Source: a virus
IMG/VR virus record: IMGVR_UViG_3300020205_000565
Span: 18,030 to 82,029 of that record
Reading direction: 5' to 3' (one strand)
Length of the DNA: 64,000 nt
The notes beneath the pieces were generated by a model, which was given only the letters and a program-made list of their open reading frames with translations, had not been told where the DNA came from and made no database searches. This document shows, piece after piece, positions 48,105-58,861 of this stretch. Each line of letters starts with the position of its first letter. Position 1 is the first letter of the stretch. The translations under genes were made by a program, and so were the position numbers.

Positions 48105-49724
48105 TTAGAATGATCCGCCAGTAACTGGGTTACGCATAACGATTTTCAATACTTTGGTCGGGTCTTTAACCCAGATCGCAGGCATGTTTTGCGTCATGTA
48201 TACGCGGTAACCGTTGAATTGTCCAGAAGACGCGAAGCCTTGGCTACGTCCCATGTAATCCATAGTTCCGTTTTGGTACCACCATTTCAATTGGTTATCC
48301 CAGTTAAGTTTCAACAAGAAGATATTATCGTTAGTGTTATCGGTAATATCAAAGATGATGAAGCTATAAAAAGACAATGGGAAACCATCAATGATTGGGT
48401 TCTCAATATCGTTAGTATGTAAGTTATCGAACGCTGGGTTCAACACGAACTTAACGTTAGCCAAGAATGGGATAACATAAGAAGTGTAAGCGAATCCGAA
48501 GTTCAAATCCATACCCTTACCAGTAATTGCTCCGATGTCAGCAGCTTGGATCAACAATCCTGAAGACATTGCTTCACGTGCGATTGCTGCATTAACCATG
48601 CGCATACCTGCCATACCGGTTTGTACGATAAGCTGACGCTTAGGATCTGGTCCTTGGAAGTCAACTTTACCTGCGTAGAAGTTGTACAATTCAGAACGGA
48701 ACAAATCTAAGTTGAAACCAGCCTTGTTATATACGCGCTTGAACGAGTTGTCCAATTGCTTCCAAAGACCGACTGATAAACGGATATCATCTGGACCGTC
48801 TTGACGAACGCGTCCACCTTGTCCCCACATTAAGTAAGTCTCGATATCGCTAGCTACTTTGCTCAAGTGAGCTGCTTCCATAGTAGTCAAGAATGTACGA
48901 GATAATGAACCATTACCCATAGCGCGCTTAACATAATCCTTACCCATGCGAGAAACCATAGTATCTAGGTTAGCTACAGATGGATCCATGTTCTTGTCAA
49001 AGTTGCGCCAGATTTCAGTAACAGGTACAGTACCGTCAGCGTTCATTCCGCCTTTGATCATAAGATCAGCGCGAGAAGATACAGAATAGTGTACGTGTGC
49101 TTCAGCTCCTCCTACGAAGTTGTAGAATTCACGGAAACCGGTTTGTGTAGTGATGTCAGAGAAACGCTCTCCGTATTCTCCACGAGCAGAACCTTTACGG
49201 AAGATTTTAGTACCTGGTGCAAGATAGTTAGTTGATAAAGCAAAAGAGCTATCATTGTTAACTAATTGTACAGTGTACAAGAAACCATCTCCCAAAGGAA
49301 TAATGTCGTCTACAGTAATGTACATCTCAGCACCGTTATATTTGTCATAAGTGATGATATCACCATGTCCAAATTCGCGACGTGAAATTTTAATTTTGAA
49401 CGTTTGTCCATCAGTACCTACTGTCTCGGCACCATTTAATTCTACATCGTCAACAATGTAAGGAAGATCTAATACAACCGGCGTCTGCCATTTGTATTCT
49501 CCTCTTGCGTTATCGACATTAATTACGTTCTTTCCACCAAAGCTAGACATTTGGTACAAAGGCATTTCTACCTTTTGTGCCATTGCCCAAAGATCTACTG
49601 GTCCTAAATCCATAGGTTCAGAGTTCTTGAGCATGTTAACCAAGTGGTAAGAATCTACGTGTGAACTAGCGGCGTAGTTGGTATCTCGTAGAAATATACC
49701 ATTGTTTAAAACTGGAGTTGACAT
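48105..49724 (-). CDS. Major capsid protein (crAss-like, HK97 fold)
   Basis: Portal-scaffold-MCP synteny; EYKW, GLWKQL, QTGMAG and IWVKDPTK motifs; followed by a strong terminator. Confidence 0.85.
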   Translation of the reverse strand: MSTPVLNNGIFLRDTNYAASSHVDSYHLVNMLKNSEPMDLGPVDLWAMAQKVEMPLYQMSSFGGKNVINVDNARGEYKWQTPVVLDLPYIVDDVELNGAETVGTDGQTFKIKISRREFGHGDIITYDKYNGAEMYITVDDIIPLGDGFLYTVQLVNNDSSFALSTNYLAPGTKIFRKGSARGEYGERFSDITTQTGFREFYNFVGGAEAHVHYSVSSRADLMIKGGMNADGTVPVTEIWRNFDKNMDPSVANLDTMVSRMGKDYVKRAMGNGSLSRTFLTTMEAAHLSKVASDIETYLMWGQGGRVRQDGPDDIRLSVGLWKQLDNSFKRVYNKAGFNLDLFRSELYNFYAGKVDFQGPDPKRQLIVQTGMAGMRMVNAAIAREAMSSGLLIQAADIGAITGKGMDLNFGFAYTSYVIPFLANVKFVLNPAFDNLHTNDIENPIIDGFPLSFYSFIIFDITDNTNDNIFLLKLNWDNQLKWWYQNGTMDYMGRSQGFASSGQFNGYRVYMTQNMPAIWVKDPTKVLKIVMRNPVTGGSF

Positions 49725-49750
49725 GTTTATTTATTTAAGGGTTAATTTTA

Positions 49751-50968
49751 TTATCGCTTAAAGAAGTTCCCATTTCTAGGTATCCTTCTCTGAGTTGTTT
49801 CTTCTTTTTCCACAACAGGAGTACTTGTAGCCATCTTAGCTTGTTCAGTCTTAAGCTGACGTACTGTTTTCTCCACTTGTGCTGCTTTACCTTGTTCCTT
49901 TACTTTCGATTCGTATCCTTCCTCGTCTGCAAGTAACCAAAGTACTTTAGCAATTTTGTTATAGTCAGGCTCAACGTATTGATACTTCTCTAATAGGTGC
50001 CCTAATAGATTAGTTTGCTTACCTGATATAGACGGGTAACTAGGTTGTACTAGTCCTGTATATATCATATTCTGCGTACGTTTGTCTAACTTAATTCCGT
50101 TAAGGTCTGCTGCTGCAACTGTATTATATACATTTTGCATGTAAGCCTCAGAAGCTGCTTGTTGTTGTCTCTTCATTTGTTCTTGCCTAGCAAGTTTTTG
50201 AACTACAACTGACTCCTGCATTTTATCCAACTTTGGCTTAAACTTGTTAGCTTTTGATTCCAAGTCTCCACGGTCTCTCCAACCATCGATCTCTTCTTCA
50301 ATATCTTCTGCTGTACCAAAATTAGTAGCACGTAAATATTCACGTACAATTTGTTCTTGGTCTCTTTCAGAACTTGGATCTAATTCACGAACTTCTTCAG
50401 CTTGTGCAAGGACTTTAAATAATCCTTTTAGATCTTGACCTCCATCAGCTACATATTTAGCAGCGTACTGGAGTTCCCCTGGAAGAGATTCAAAAAATTC
50501 TACTGGAGTTTCCGCTCTTACTTTGTTCTCAATATCAGCAAAATTTGCTTCAATAAGTTCTTCGTAATCTTTAAGCGTATACTCGTCCATAGGTTTTTCG
50601 TCCTCAAACGGAACTAACTTACCTGCTTCTATAAGTTTGTTAACTAGCTCAGCCATTCCGCTTTTGTCAACCTTTGGTCTTCCACCTTTTGGTTTATCAT
50701 CAGCGTCTTCTTTTTTTCTAAAGTCTCCATCAGGATCAACTTCGCTAATTACATCATCTATAGATGCAGTTTCTTTATCATCATCGCCTTCGTTATTATC
50801 GTCGGCCTTGTCAATAAAACTGAGGTCTACTTTAGCTGAACTAAATACATTCGGCTTTTTCTCCTCTTCTGGAAGCATAACGTTTTCTGCTCCCGGGGTT
50901 CCTAGAATCTCATCTAGGTTCATCTCTACTTGTTCAATAGAGGTAGTTTCTGTATTCTGTGTAGACAT
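49751..50968 (-). CDS. Putative scaffolding protein
   Basis: Acidic, coiled-coil protein lying between portal and MCP. Confidence 0.6.
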   Translation of the reverse strand: MSTQNTETTSIEQVEMNLDEILGTPGAENVMLPEEEKKPNVFSSAKVDLSFIDKADDNNEGDDDKETASIDDVISEVDPDGDFRKKEDADDKPKGGRPKVDKSGMAELVNKLIEAGKLVPFEDEKPMDEYTLKDYEELIEANFADIENKVRAETPVEFFESLPGELQYAAKYVADGGQDLKGLFKVLAQAEEVRELDPSSERDQEQIVREYLRATNFGTAEDIEEEIDGWRDRGDLESKANKFKPKLDKMQESVVVQKLARQEQMKRQQQAASEAYMQNVYNTVAAADLNGIKLDKRTQNMIYTGLVQPSYPSISGKQTNLLGHLLEKYQYVEPDYNKIAKVLWLLADEEGYESKVKEQGKAAQVEKTVRQLKTEQAKMATSTPVVEKEETTQRRIPRNGNFFKR

Positions 50969-51075
50969 ATGGTTGGTTTTTTAAATTCTCTACAATATTA
51001 ATATACGCAAATCTATAGTTTAAACTTTAGAAATTAAGACGTTAAAAAAAATATAGTTGACTTTATAGCAAAAGC

Positions 51076-53826
51076 TTACTTTTTCTTATTCTTTTCAGTT
51101 GACTTCTTGTCAAATTTGTTCTTATTTTCTCTAGCAATATCTAATTGTGTCTGCGCAATTCTTAGTTGTGTATTAATTTTCTCCTGCTCAATACCCATTT
51201 TATCCCGATGTTCTGTCATTCTAGAGACTTCTTTTTCTCTTTGAAGGTTAATATTATCGTTCTGTTCTTGGGTACGGGTAATTTCTTTAAGAGCATCTTG
51301 GTAATCGCTCTGCTGATTTTGATTAATATCTACAGCCGCTCCGAAACCTGCAGATTTAATCTTGGCTTCGTATATACGGTTCTGTCTATCTTTCTCATTT
51401 TCAGCAGATTCAAACTCCATCTTCATTCTAGCTTCTTCCTGCTTAGCCTGAATCTGTTGTTCTTGCATCTGCTGTTGTTGCTGCATCTCTTGCTGACGCT
51501 GTTGCTGAGCTTTAGCTTCAGTCTTCTTAAGTATCTGCGTAACGTCAGGAATCGAATCAGCCATAAGTACATTACCCAGATCATAAATGGAAGCACCAGA
51601 AGTGTTATTAGAAACAGCCATTTGTTTGAGCTGGTCCAAAACGGCACGATGATTAGCTTTAGTAGTACAAAAAACATTAAGGTCTCTAAGAAGAAGGTCA
51701 GTGCCATTAATCTCGAAATTTTTTCTTTCATCTGCTGTAGTAATATATTGTAAACGTACTGATGGTTTAGTAGAGTTATAGTACTGGGCTAGATCCGTAC
51801 GCATAGTATGTACGCGAGGCATCAAGTAATCACAGTGCTGGATAAAGTAGGTCTCAGTCTGAGCATAACTAGCATTAACTGATTGTTCAACACCTGTAGC
51901 AGTTTGTTGTCCAATCTGTTGTCCTAGACGTTGTGGAGTAATACCTATTACCTCAAAGGCCTGTGATTTAAAATACTGGGCTAATTGAATACGAGACATC
52001 AAACGATTAGTCTGTTCTAGATCCAACTTTTGATAGTGCTGGAACGCTAAAGGATTCTCCGTATTAGAAATAGTAGTATCTAATGGAAGCATCTGGAAGT
52101 TCTTCATAGCCACATATGCTTTGGCTAAGTTGTTCTTTCCCCAGTCTTCTCCTAGTGAATGTCTTGGTAAAGCATTCTGATCCAGTAAGATAACTGTTCC
52201 TAGTTCATCTACAAGGATGTCGGCAATCTGGTTATTTACAATATTGTATCCAATCTGGAATGGCTTCATTAAGTCTACTAGAGATGTAGATCTTGTATTA
52301 CGATCCGAGAATACAGATCCTTCTACAGGAAGTTTACATCCATATAGGCTATCGTCTCCCTTAAATTGGAATTTCATAGATCCAATTTGGTTCTGATTAA
52401 TACCTAAGTAGATAGGATTAATACCGCCGGGGTTATTAGTTCCCCAATATGTAGGGTGATTAGGTCCGATCTTAACTCCTCCCCATACCTCGTTAATCCA
52501 GATCCAGTCAATGTGTTCTCCGAATAACAAGTTATCCTTAGTCTTATTTTTAAATAAGTCTGTATTGTACAGAGGCTTATCTGTAATCTTATATGATTCA
52601 TCTATAAGGTCTGTAGTAACAGTTCCCATATCATCAATCTTAGTTAAATGCCCCACCTTACGTTGTGACTTCCAGTAAACTGTAGTAACACGAAGTAAGT
52701 TAGTCATACCCATATCGAACCAGTCTTCGCTATCTGAAAGGATCCAGTTAACAATATCTCCTCCGCGTAGAGTATTATCCCACATTGAGGTATACTGACG
52801 ATATCCTAAAGAGGGCATATTAGTATTCCAGTCGTGAGACTTAGTACCGTCATAGTAGGTACCATCATTTTGATAACCTTGAATAGGGTAACCCGCAGAA
52901 CGTACAGGATAAATTTGTTCTAATGTTTCCATTTGTAGCTCTGTCATTAACCATCCGTAGCGGTCAATAACGTCAGCTACCGTCATCATATCGTATTTAC
53001 CAACCCATTGACCCTGAGATATATAACGAGCATCTGGAGATTTATGGTAGAATGTAAGAACCGGATTCCATAACTCTACATCATAGTCATCTTCCATCAT
53101 ACGGAAATGCCAGAACTCTCTATCTGTAATAAGCATGTCGCGGAAGCCACGTTCCTCTAATTCATCCATCTTAAAACGTTCTACGTCTACTTGATGTTGA
53201 TGCGAAGCCCATTGCTCCACTAATGACTTATAAGATTTAGTAAAGAAGTCTTGTATTTCTGGTAGAGCTTTAACACTTTCTGGAGATAGGGCTTGTTGAT
53301 ATTCTTCCGAATTAACGTCTACACCATCCTCAGCAAGTTTCATCATTAACTGTTGTTCAGCACCTTTAGTAAGAGACTCCTCAATTTGGCTTCTCTTAAG
53401 TTCCATCATCTCATTATAAGATGTCTCATCAACAGATCTATATGTTATTGCGCTAGAACGTTTTGCAAATTCTGCTACAAGAGTATTAATAACGTTTGGG
53501 ATAATCGGATAGAATTTAAGTTCTAATGCGGATGCATCCTCTTTTGTAAGCGTTTCCAGTAGATCCGCATACTCATTATCCTCTTCTATAATATAATCAC
53601 CTTTGTCTATAATACCTTTTGCAAGTTTATAGTTCTTCATTAGACGGCGTGCGTTACGACGTACATGCTGTAAGCCCTTCCATTCTAACCAGTCTAGATT
53701 CCAAGCCGCCCAGTCTGTATCTTTTTCACTTCTGGGAATAAACTGAATAGGCTGATTAAGAGTACCCATTTTGTTGTACTCTACTTTGGCCCCAGCCTTA
53801 ATCTGCATTGCGTTATATATCTGCAT
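51076..53826 (-). CDS. Portal protein
   Basis: FYPIIPNVINTLVAE, WINEVWGG, SLVDLMKPFQ, GITPQRLGQ; Gln-rich C-terminal coil; directly downstream of TerL. Confidence 0.9.
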   Translation of the reverse strand: MQIYNAMQIKAGAKVEYNKMGTLNQPIQFIPRSEKDTDWAAWNLDWLEWKGLQHVRRNARRLMKNYKLAKGIIDKGDYIIEEDNEYADLLETLTKEDASALELKFYPIIPNVINTLVAEFAKRSSAITYRSVDETSYNEMMELKRSQIEESLTKGAEQQLMMKLAEDGVDVNSEEYQQALSPESVKALPEIQDFFTKSYKSLVEQWASHQHQVDVERFKMDELEERGFRDMLITDREFWHFRMMEDDYDVELWNPVLTFYHKSPDARYISQGQWVGKYDMMTVADVIDRYGWLMTELQMETLEQIYPVRSAGYPIQGYQNDGTYYDGTKSHDWNTNMPSLGYRQYTSMWDNTLRGGDIVNWILSDSEDWFDMGMTNLLRVTTVYWKSQRKVGHLTKIDDMGTVTTDLIDESYKITDKPLYNTDLFKNKTKDNLLFGEHIDWIWINEVWGGVKIGPNHPTYWGTNNPGGINPIYLGINQNQIGSMKFQFKGDDSLYGCKLPVEGSVFSDRNTRSTSLVDLMKPFQIGYNIVNNQIADILVDELGTVILLDQNALPRHSLGEDWGKNNLAKAYVAMKNFQMLPLDTTISNTENPLAFQHYQKLDLEQTNRLMSRIQLAQYFKSQAFEVIGITPQRLGQQIGQQTATGVEQSVNASYAQTETYFIQHCDYLMPRVHTMRTDLAQYYNSTKPSVRLQYITTADERKNFEINGTDLLLRDLNVFCTTKANHRAVLDQLKQMAVSNNTSGASIYDLGNVLMADSIPDVTQILKKTEAKAQQQRQQEMQQQQQMQEQQIQAKQEEARMKMEFESAENEKDRQNRIYEAKIKSAGFGAAVDINQNQQSDYQDALKEITRTQEQNDNINLQREKEVSRMTEHRDKMGIEQEKINTQLRIAQTQLDIARENKNKFDKKSTEKNKKK

Positions 53827-53827
53827 A

Positions 53828-56041
53828 CTATCTTATGTTTCTAAATGGATTTTTAGGTAACTTCATACCTTCAAATTTATGACCTCCTCCGCCAATATGA
53901 CGAAAAGGGCTCATATTTAATTTACTGAATTTATTGGTGCTTTCCAAGTTTTTTGATGCGGTCGTTTCCTCAAACCGCTTTTTATAACCCCTATTAGCTT
54001 GTTGTACTTTAGCAAAAGCTACTAAAGCTGCAAATGATACGAGTCTATCGACGTTTACTCCATCTCTATATGCCATCATTTCTTTAAGTAACATGATGTC
54101 CGGAATACGTTCTATACCAAATATTGTTTTAACAACTTTACCATCCTCTAAAGTTACTTGATCAAGTTCTTGTCTAACAAACTCGATTGCATAACTTATC
54201 ATATGGCTTTTAAATAAAGTACCTGTATTACGCCATCCGTATTCTTGGAATACATTAGCATTAGCTCCTATATCTTTTAAGAATAATATTTGCTGTCTAG
54301 GTACCAGATACTTTTGCTTCTTCCGGTTAATCATGTGGGTAATAAACTGCGGAATGTTATTCTCCACAATAGTCCATGCATTATACCATTCTATAATAAG
54401 CTCTAGTCTCTCATGTGTTTTATTAATATCATCAAACCGGCCACACCATGCTGCTACTATTTTATCATTTTCTATAAAGGTCTGAATACTATCTACATCT
54501 TTCTTAGTTACCTCTACAGATGTTTTGTAAACATATATAGCGCATAGGGAATCCGACGTGGTAGTTTTTCCTTCTCCCACAGGATCGACCGATGCATAAT
54601 ACATTCCGAACTCTGGGTTTTCTACAGGTCTATCCCATACTACAAGACATCCTGTTTTATCTTCGGTAGTTTTTGTAATAGGAAACTCTGTTATAGGTAA
54701 TTTATTGGTAGAGGTTACCGCCGGTTCACCCTTGTCGTTTCTATATATATCCAAACGTTCTTCAGCATAAAATTTATCTTCAATACGTCGAGTTTGTGCT
54801 GTAATAAGATGGCCCGGAAATACCGATACTGATCTAAAGTCAAAGGCCTCTTTAATAGATCTAGGATGCTGAGATATACGAAGCTGAAATTCTTGGGGGT
54901 CCAGTTCGGATCTCCATTGTGTAAACTGGTCATCTAAGGCAACCAAGGCTTCTTCTACTTTAGAGTTACCAAACTGGTCTATATAAGGCGGCATAGACCA
55001 TTGTTCAGGAATAAATAATCCTGTCATTCCTCTGGCGCCTGTTTCATCTAATAGGGTAGATTCAATAGCATATATATCATTACCCTCAGGTCGCGTAATC
55101 ATTTTCTTTAAAGGTTCGCACTGAGATAAATCTCCTACAGATCCTGCAGCAATAAACATTCCGGTGGTCATAAATCCCGACTTCATAGCAGGGCGTATGT
55201 ACTCGAATGTTGTATTCATCTTAGGGGCAATTCCTGCCTCCTCGTGAAAGAAGTATTTACACGGTCCCCCTACACCATTAGTAGGATCCTTCTCAAAGGA
55301 CATACCTTGCATAACTCCTTTAAGGCCTACTTCAGACTTACGTCTATTTATTCCTGATACTGTTTCAATCTTCTGCTGCCACATCATAACCTTATTAGGG
55401 TTCATTGGTCTATACCAAGCTGTATGTTGATTCAGGAACGCCTCATATTCATTTAAGAATTTCCAGGTTCCCTTCTCATTGATATAGTCTTTAAGACTAG
55501 CTCCCATCTTAAGGGTTACCCCTTCTTCAAACCATATCTGATTAATTAACTTACCAGCATGGTAATAGGATGATGCAATCTGACGTTTCTTTAATATGGC
55601 TACATGTTTATAATGTAGCTCTGCTAGACATTCGTATAACGCCATGTGATACTGAGCATCTCTGACATCGGCAAAACCAAACTTCTGAATCTCTTTATTG
55701 AAGATAGGTAAGAAGTTTAACCACATGTAATAATCACGTGGTATATACCAAGCATTGTTCCCATCTTTATAAATAGCCCCTACACGACATTTATTCTTCT
55801 GGTCATTCCAGTACATAATAAAGTCCTTAGTTCCTTGAGGAGAAGCACAATAGAAGCCACGTTCATTAAATAGACTAGCCTGTTCGTTAAACTTAAGACT
55901 AGTTTCCGTAAAGTTATATAAGCCGGGTTCTTTAAAAATCGATAATACAAAATCTCTGAAGTCTTCTCTAGTATCAAAAGTAGATACTGTCCATACTCCG
56001 TTTTCATATGTAGGAATTTGTATGTCGTTGGTTTTCAGCAT
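53828..56041 (-). CDS. terL: Terminase large subunit
   Basis: LKKRQIASSY (Walker A-like), FHEEAG (Walker B), nuclease motifs SVDPV...DSL and DRLVS. Confidence 0.9.
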   Translation of the reverse strand: MLKTNDIQIPTYENGVWTVSTFDTREDFRDFVLSIFKEPGLYNFTETSLKFNEQASLFNERGFYCASPQGTKDFIMYWNDQKNKCRVGAIYKDGNNAWYIPRDYYMWLNFLPIFNKEIQKFGFADVRDAQYHMALYECLAELHYKHVAILKKRQIASSYYHAGKLINQIWFEEGVTLKMGASLKDYINEKGTWKFLNEYEAFLNQHTAWYRPMNPNKVMMWQQKIETVSGINRRKSEVGLKGVMQGMSFEKDPTNGVGGPCKYFFHEEAGIAPKMNTTFEYIRPAMKSGFMTTGMFIAAGSVGDLSQCEPLKKMITRPEGNDIYAIESTLLDETGARGMTGLFIPEQWSMPPYIDQFGNSKVEEALVALDDQFTQWRSELDPQEFQLRISQHPRSIKEAFDFRSVSVFPGHLITAQTRRIEDKFYAEERLDIYRNDKGEPAVTSTNKLPITEFPITKTTEDKTGCLVVWDRPVENPEFGMYYASVDPVGEGKTTTSDSLCAIYVYKTSVEVTKKDVDSIQTFIENDKIVAAWCGRFDDINKTHERLELIIEWYNAWTIVENNIPQFITHMINRKKQKYLVPRQQILFLKDIGANANVFQEYGWRNTGTLFKSHMISYAIEFVRQELDQVTLEDGKVVKTIFGIERIPDIMLLKEMMAYRDGVNVDRLVSFAALVAFAKVQQANRGYKKRFEETTASKNLESTNKFSKLNMSPFRHIGGGGHKFEGMKLPKNPFRNIR

Positions 56042-56046
56042 GTTAT

Positions 56047-56565
56047 TTACGTTTGGTCATAAGCAAGACCGGCTCCTCCACGAACATGACTTGTCTGTTC
56101 TTCCTGAAGATCTTTATAAGCGCCTTTATAGCTTTCTCGGATTTGTTGGTACTTTGATGCAGCATTTACAAGTGCTGTAATATTACCGTCTCTTCCATCG
56201 GTTATCTGAGTTTTCTCCATATAGGTAGCGAGATTATCCAGCATTTTCTTAATACCATTGTAAGCTCTTGATGTTGGTGTTTCATATAGCTTCTTGCAGA
56301 ACTGTAATGCTCCGGGAATATAGTCATCCTCTGGACTAAAGTCTGCTTCAATTTCAGCTAAGATAATATCTTCCTTATGAATATCCTCAATATAAAAGAA
56401 AGGATTTAGATCAGGATTAGGGCAAGTCATGTAGAATAGGTACTCGTAAATCTTTAAGTACTGTTCCGGATACTTATCCATAATATTCTTTAAAGTACTT
56501 AAAGTATAGCAGTGTTCTGTAGGAATCACTTTGTGATTCTGTATATCGAATAGTTTAACAATCAT
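56047..56565 (-). CDS. Putative terminase small subunit
   Basis: Helical protein immediately upstream of TerL with a C-terminal VRGG; assignment is by position only. Confidence 0.45.
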   Translation of the reverse strand: MIVKLFDIQNHKVIPTEHCYTLSTLKNIMDKYPEQYLKIYEYLFYMTCPNPDLNPFFYIEDIHKEDIILAEIEADFSPEDDYIPGALQFCKKLYETPTSRAYNGIKKMLDNLATYMEKTQITDGRDGNITALVNAASKYQQIRESYKGAYKDLQEEQTSHVRGGAGLAYDQT

Positions 56566-56756
56566 TTTCTATCTAGGCTTATGTTTTTACAAAATCGTAT
56601 TTCTTTATTACTAAGAGTCCATATCTCTCCATCATCCATAGCGCAGGTGAACAGCAGATCGTGCTCCTGAGAGTAATCAATAACTAGGAAAGCATAACCC
56701 TCCATATTATCGGATACCCTTTTAATCGGGAGCATTGGATCTAACTGAAGCATCAT
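56562..56756 (-). CDS. Small hypothetical protein (beta-rich)
   Basis: Overlaps both neighbours by four bases; IDYSQEHDLL motif. Confidence 0.6.
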   Translation of the reverse strand: MMLQLDPMLPIKRVSDNMEGYAFLVIDYSQEHDLLFTCAMDDGEIWTLSNKEIRFCKNISLDRK

Positions 56757-57562
56757 TCTGTAAGGACTTTAATAATGTTAATGACTTCCTCTTTTAAATA
56801 AGGTACATCATATTGTACAATTTTATCTACTACGGGTTCACCAAATTCATCGTATAGCACAACTCTGTTATCATATGCATCTCTGCCGGCCTCTTTAAAT
56901 ATGATGTGTTCTATAATCATCTTTCCCGCGCGCATGCGAGGGTTATGTTTAAGAATCATATACATATACAGACTTAGCTGTAATGCATAATGGTTAAGGT
57001 TACAATCGTCCAAGTGACTAACTGGATCAAGCATCCTATCAGTGATTCCTTCCCAGTTAGTATAACCCGAAATTTTAATTTCTTTATTAGTCTTGTAATC
57101 ATAAATATTTACTACGTTCTTTATTACTTCTACTCTATCTGCTTGACCACAGATACCAGCGCTCTTAAGATAAACCATGTGCTCAGGATAGATACCATCT
57201 ACTAGTTTCTGTTCAGGTGCTGTTTTAATCCCATCAGATTCAATAGGTTTAAAAATAGGAATAGTAAAACCATCTTGTTCAATGTTATCACAGGAGGTAT
57301 AAGCTGCTTCTCTTTGGTTATGGTACCATGTACCTAGATTAACAGCCTTCTGTGATTCGTTCTTCCAAGCTTCTTTAATATCCTCGGGAGACATACCATA
57401 CCATTTACTCTTCTTCTTTTTAGATGTAGCTATAGCTATAGCATCAGCGTCAAAAGATTTCTTAAGCTTTGATATAATACCAGTTACACTAGTCCATGTG
57501 ATGCTCTCACTAGGATCGCTACTTGTATAAGTATGCGTTTCTGGTTTAAATACTATCGCCAT
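56753..57562 (-). CDS. PD-(D/E)xK nuclease (RecB/Cas4-like)
   Basis: SVT, GTWYH, E, GQAD, IYDYKT and YALQLSLY motifs. Confidence 0.85.
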   Translation of the reverse strand: MAIVFKPETHTYTSSDPSESITWTSVTGIISKLKKSFDADAIAIATSKKKKSKWYGMSPEDIKEAWKNESQKAVNLGTWYHNQREAAYTSCDNIEQDGFTIPIFKPIESDGIKTAPEQKLVDGIYPEHMVYLKSAGICGQADRVEVIKNVVNIYDYKTNKEIKISGYTNWEGITDRMLDPVSHLDDCNLNHYALQLSLYMYMILKHNPRMRAGKMIIEHIIFKEAGRDAYDNRVVLYDEFGEPVVDKIVQYDVPYLKEEVINIIKVLTE

Positions 57563-57878
57563 TGTTTCCTAGTTTAGCATTTAATACATCCTCTTCTTCT
57601 TCAGTCATTACCGCAAACCATTTACCCTCAGGGCATTCGGAAGACATACTGCGGATTTTATATTTAAGAGAACAACCGCAAGAACCGCAACAAGGTTGAG
57701 TACCCGGTACTAGACACTTGTCTCCTATAAGATCTAGTAATGGGCAGTTGTTACATATCTCATTACGCCAGTAAGCAATCTTCTCTATTTTTTTGCGGGT
57801 AAAATAGTAGTTAAAAACCCCCTCAAGGATGAGCCATTTAGTGCTCCAAACCGTCTTGATCTTTTCTAAGATTTTCAT
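57546..57878 (-). CDS. Cys-cluster (Zn/Fe-S) small protein
   Basis: R..ICNNC...CCGSCGC....K......CP..KW. Confidence 0.65.
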   Translation of the reverse strand: MKILEKIKTVWSTKWLILEGVFNYYFTRKKIEKIAYWRNEICNNCPLLDLIGDKCLVPGTQPCCGSCGCSLKYKIRSMSSECPEGKWFAVMTEEEEDVLNAKLGNNGDSI

Positions 57879-58233
57879 TTTTAGTTGCTTTAAATTGGTG
57901 TTTCAAACTTAGCTGATCTTCTAGCTTTTGCTTTAAAGAATAGAATCGTTTTAAACGTTGTTGAGCGGTATTATAAAACTGAAATTTTTTTAAGTTGGCA
58001 GGGTTGATAATTCTAACGTAGTCTTCATTCTTTTGTATTTCTCTATGAAGGCATTTGCTTTTTGTATAGAATACTCCAAGATTTTCCACGTCTATAACGG
58101 GTTCATCCATCGATTCTAAATATTTTCTAACGTTGCTCCAGTAATATGAAACAATATCAGAAACTTGTGATTCTGGTAGACCGAGTTCATCGGCTACGTT
58201 TTTATACAGGTTGTTGGACTTCTTTGGGCTCAA
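57838..58233 (-). CDS. HU/IHF-like DNA-binding protein
   Basis: VADELGLPESQV...IDVENLGVF pattern. Confidence 0.6.
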   Translation of the reverse strand: MSPKKSNNLYKNVADELGLPESQVSDIVSYYWSNVRKYLESMDEPVIDVENLGVFYTKSKCLHREIQKNEDYVRIINPANLKKFQFYNTAQQRLKRFYSLKQKLEDQLSLKHQFKATKNENLRKDQDGLEH

Positions 58234-58585
58234 CGTGTACGAATTTATAGTCTAATAAAATGTTTCCTGTAATCTGTATCTTTAAATCAGCACTTAAAGA
58301 TATCTTCTTCTTACTCTTTCCGTTCTTAATTACCAAGCTTTTCTTTTCAGCTTTAGCAATTGCATTACGAACCGATTGGCTGCTACCAAAAATCTTGTTC
58401 TTAGTAGCAGCGTCACAGAATTCCGTAAGTTCTTTCTCTCCTGATAGAGCTAAGAAAGTAAGACAGCTTAAGTCCTGATCAGATACATTTAATGCCTTTA
58501 AGTGGCAATGCACAGCTAGCTGGAACTTGACAATGCTCCACAAGTCCATTCTAACTGTTTTTCGTACCTGATTTACTACTGCCAT
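58202..58585 (-). CDS. Winged-helix DNA-binding protein (putative regulator)
   Basis: LSCLTFLA...SQSVRNAIAKAEKKSLVIK resembles a MarR-like wHTH. Confidence 0.55.
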   Translation of the reverse strand: MAVVNQVRKTVRMDLWSIVKFQLAVHCHLKALNVSDQDLSCLTFLALSGEKELTEFCDAATKNKIFGSSQSVRNAIAKAEKKSLVIKNGKSKKKISLSADLKIQITGNILLDYKFVHVEPKEVQQPV

Positions 58586-58839
58586 TATTTCTCTTTCTTA
58601 AGAGTTCGTGGAGCAGTAGGTTCTTTAGGACCTTCAGCTGGTGATTCAGGAGCAGGAGCTAAGATCTGAGCAGCGCGCATCTGTGCTACTAAAGCACGTA
58701 GACGTTGTTCTTCGATATCAGCAATAAGGGTTTCGTACTTTAACTGCACGATTAACATTTCAGATTGTTCAGCAAATGATGCGATCAATTCTTGTTTTTT
58801 AGCAGCCATTTCTTCTGCTGAAACTTGTTGGTTTTCCAT
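58585..58839 (-). CDS. 84-aa coiled-coil protein (start revised from 58902)
   Basis: The track's upstream start lies within the promoter and terminator region. ATG at 58839 (MENQQ) follows the -7 element. Confidence 0.6.
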   Translation of the reverse strand: MENQQVSAEEMAAKKQELIASFAEQSEMLIVQLKYETLIADIEEQRLRALVAQMRAAQILAPAPESPAEGPKEPTAPRTLKKEK

Positions 58840-58861
58840 GTCTAACTTATTTAGGTTTAGA

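Noticed and set aside
48105-56041. Inteins or introns in TerL, portal or MCP
   Set aside because: The ORFs are uninterrupted and of ordinary size, and I saw no splice-junction or homing-endonuclease motifs.
56753-57562. Cas4 with a CRISPR mini-array
   Set aside because: No repeat-spacer array was seen, and the nuclease lacks the Cas4 four-Cys arrangement. It is a generic PD-(D/E)xK nuclease.
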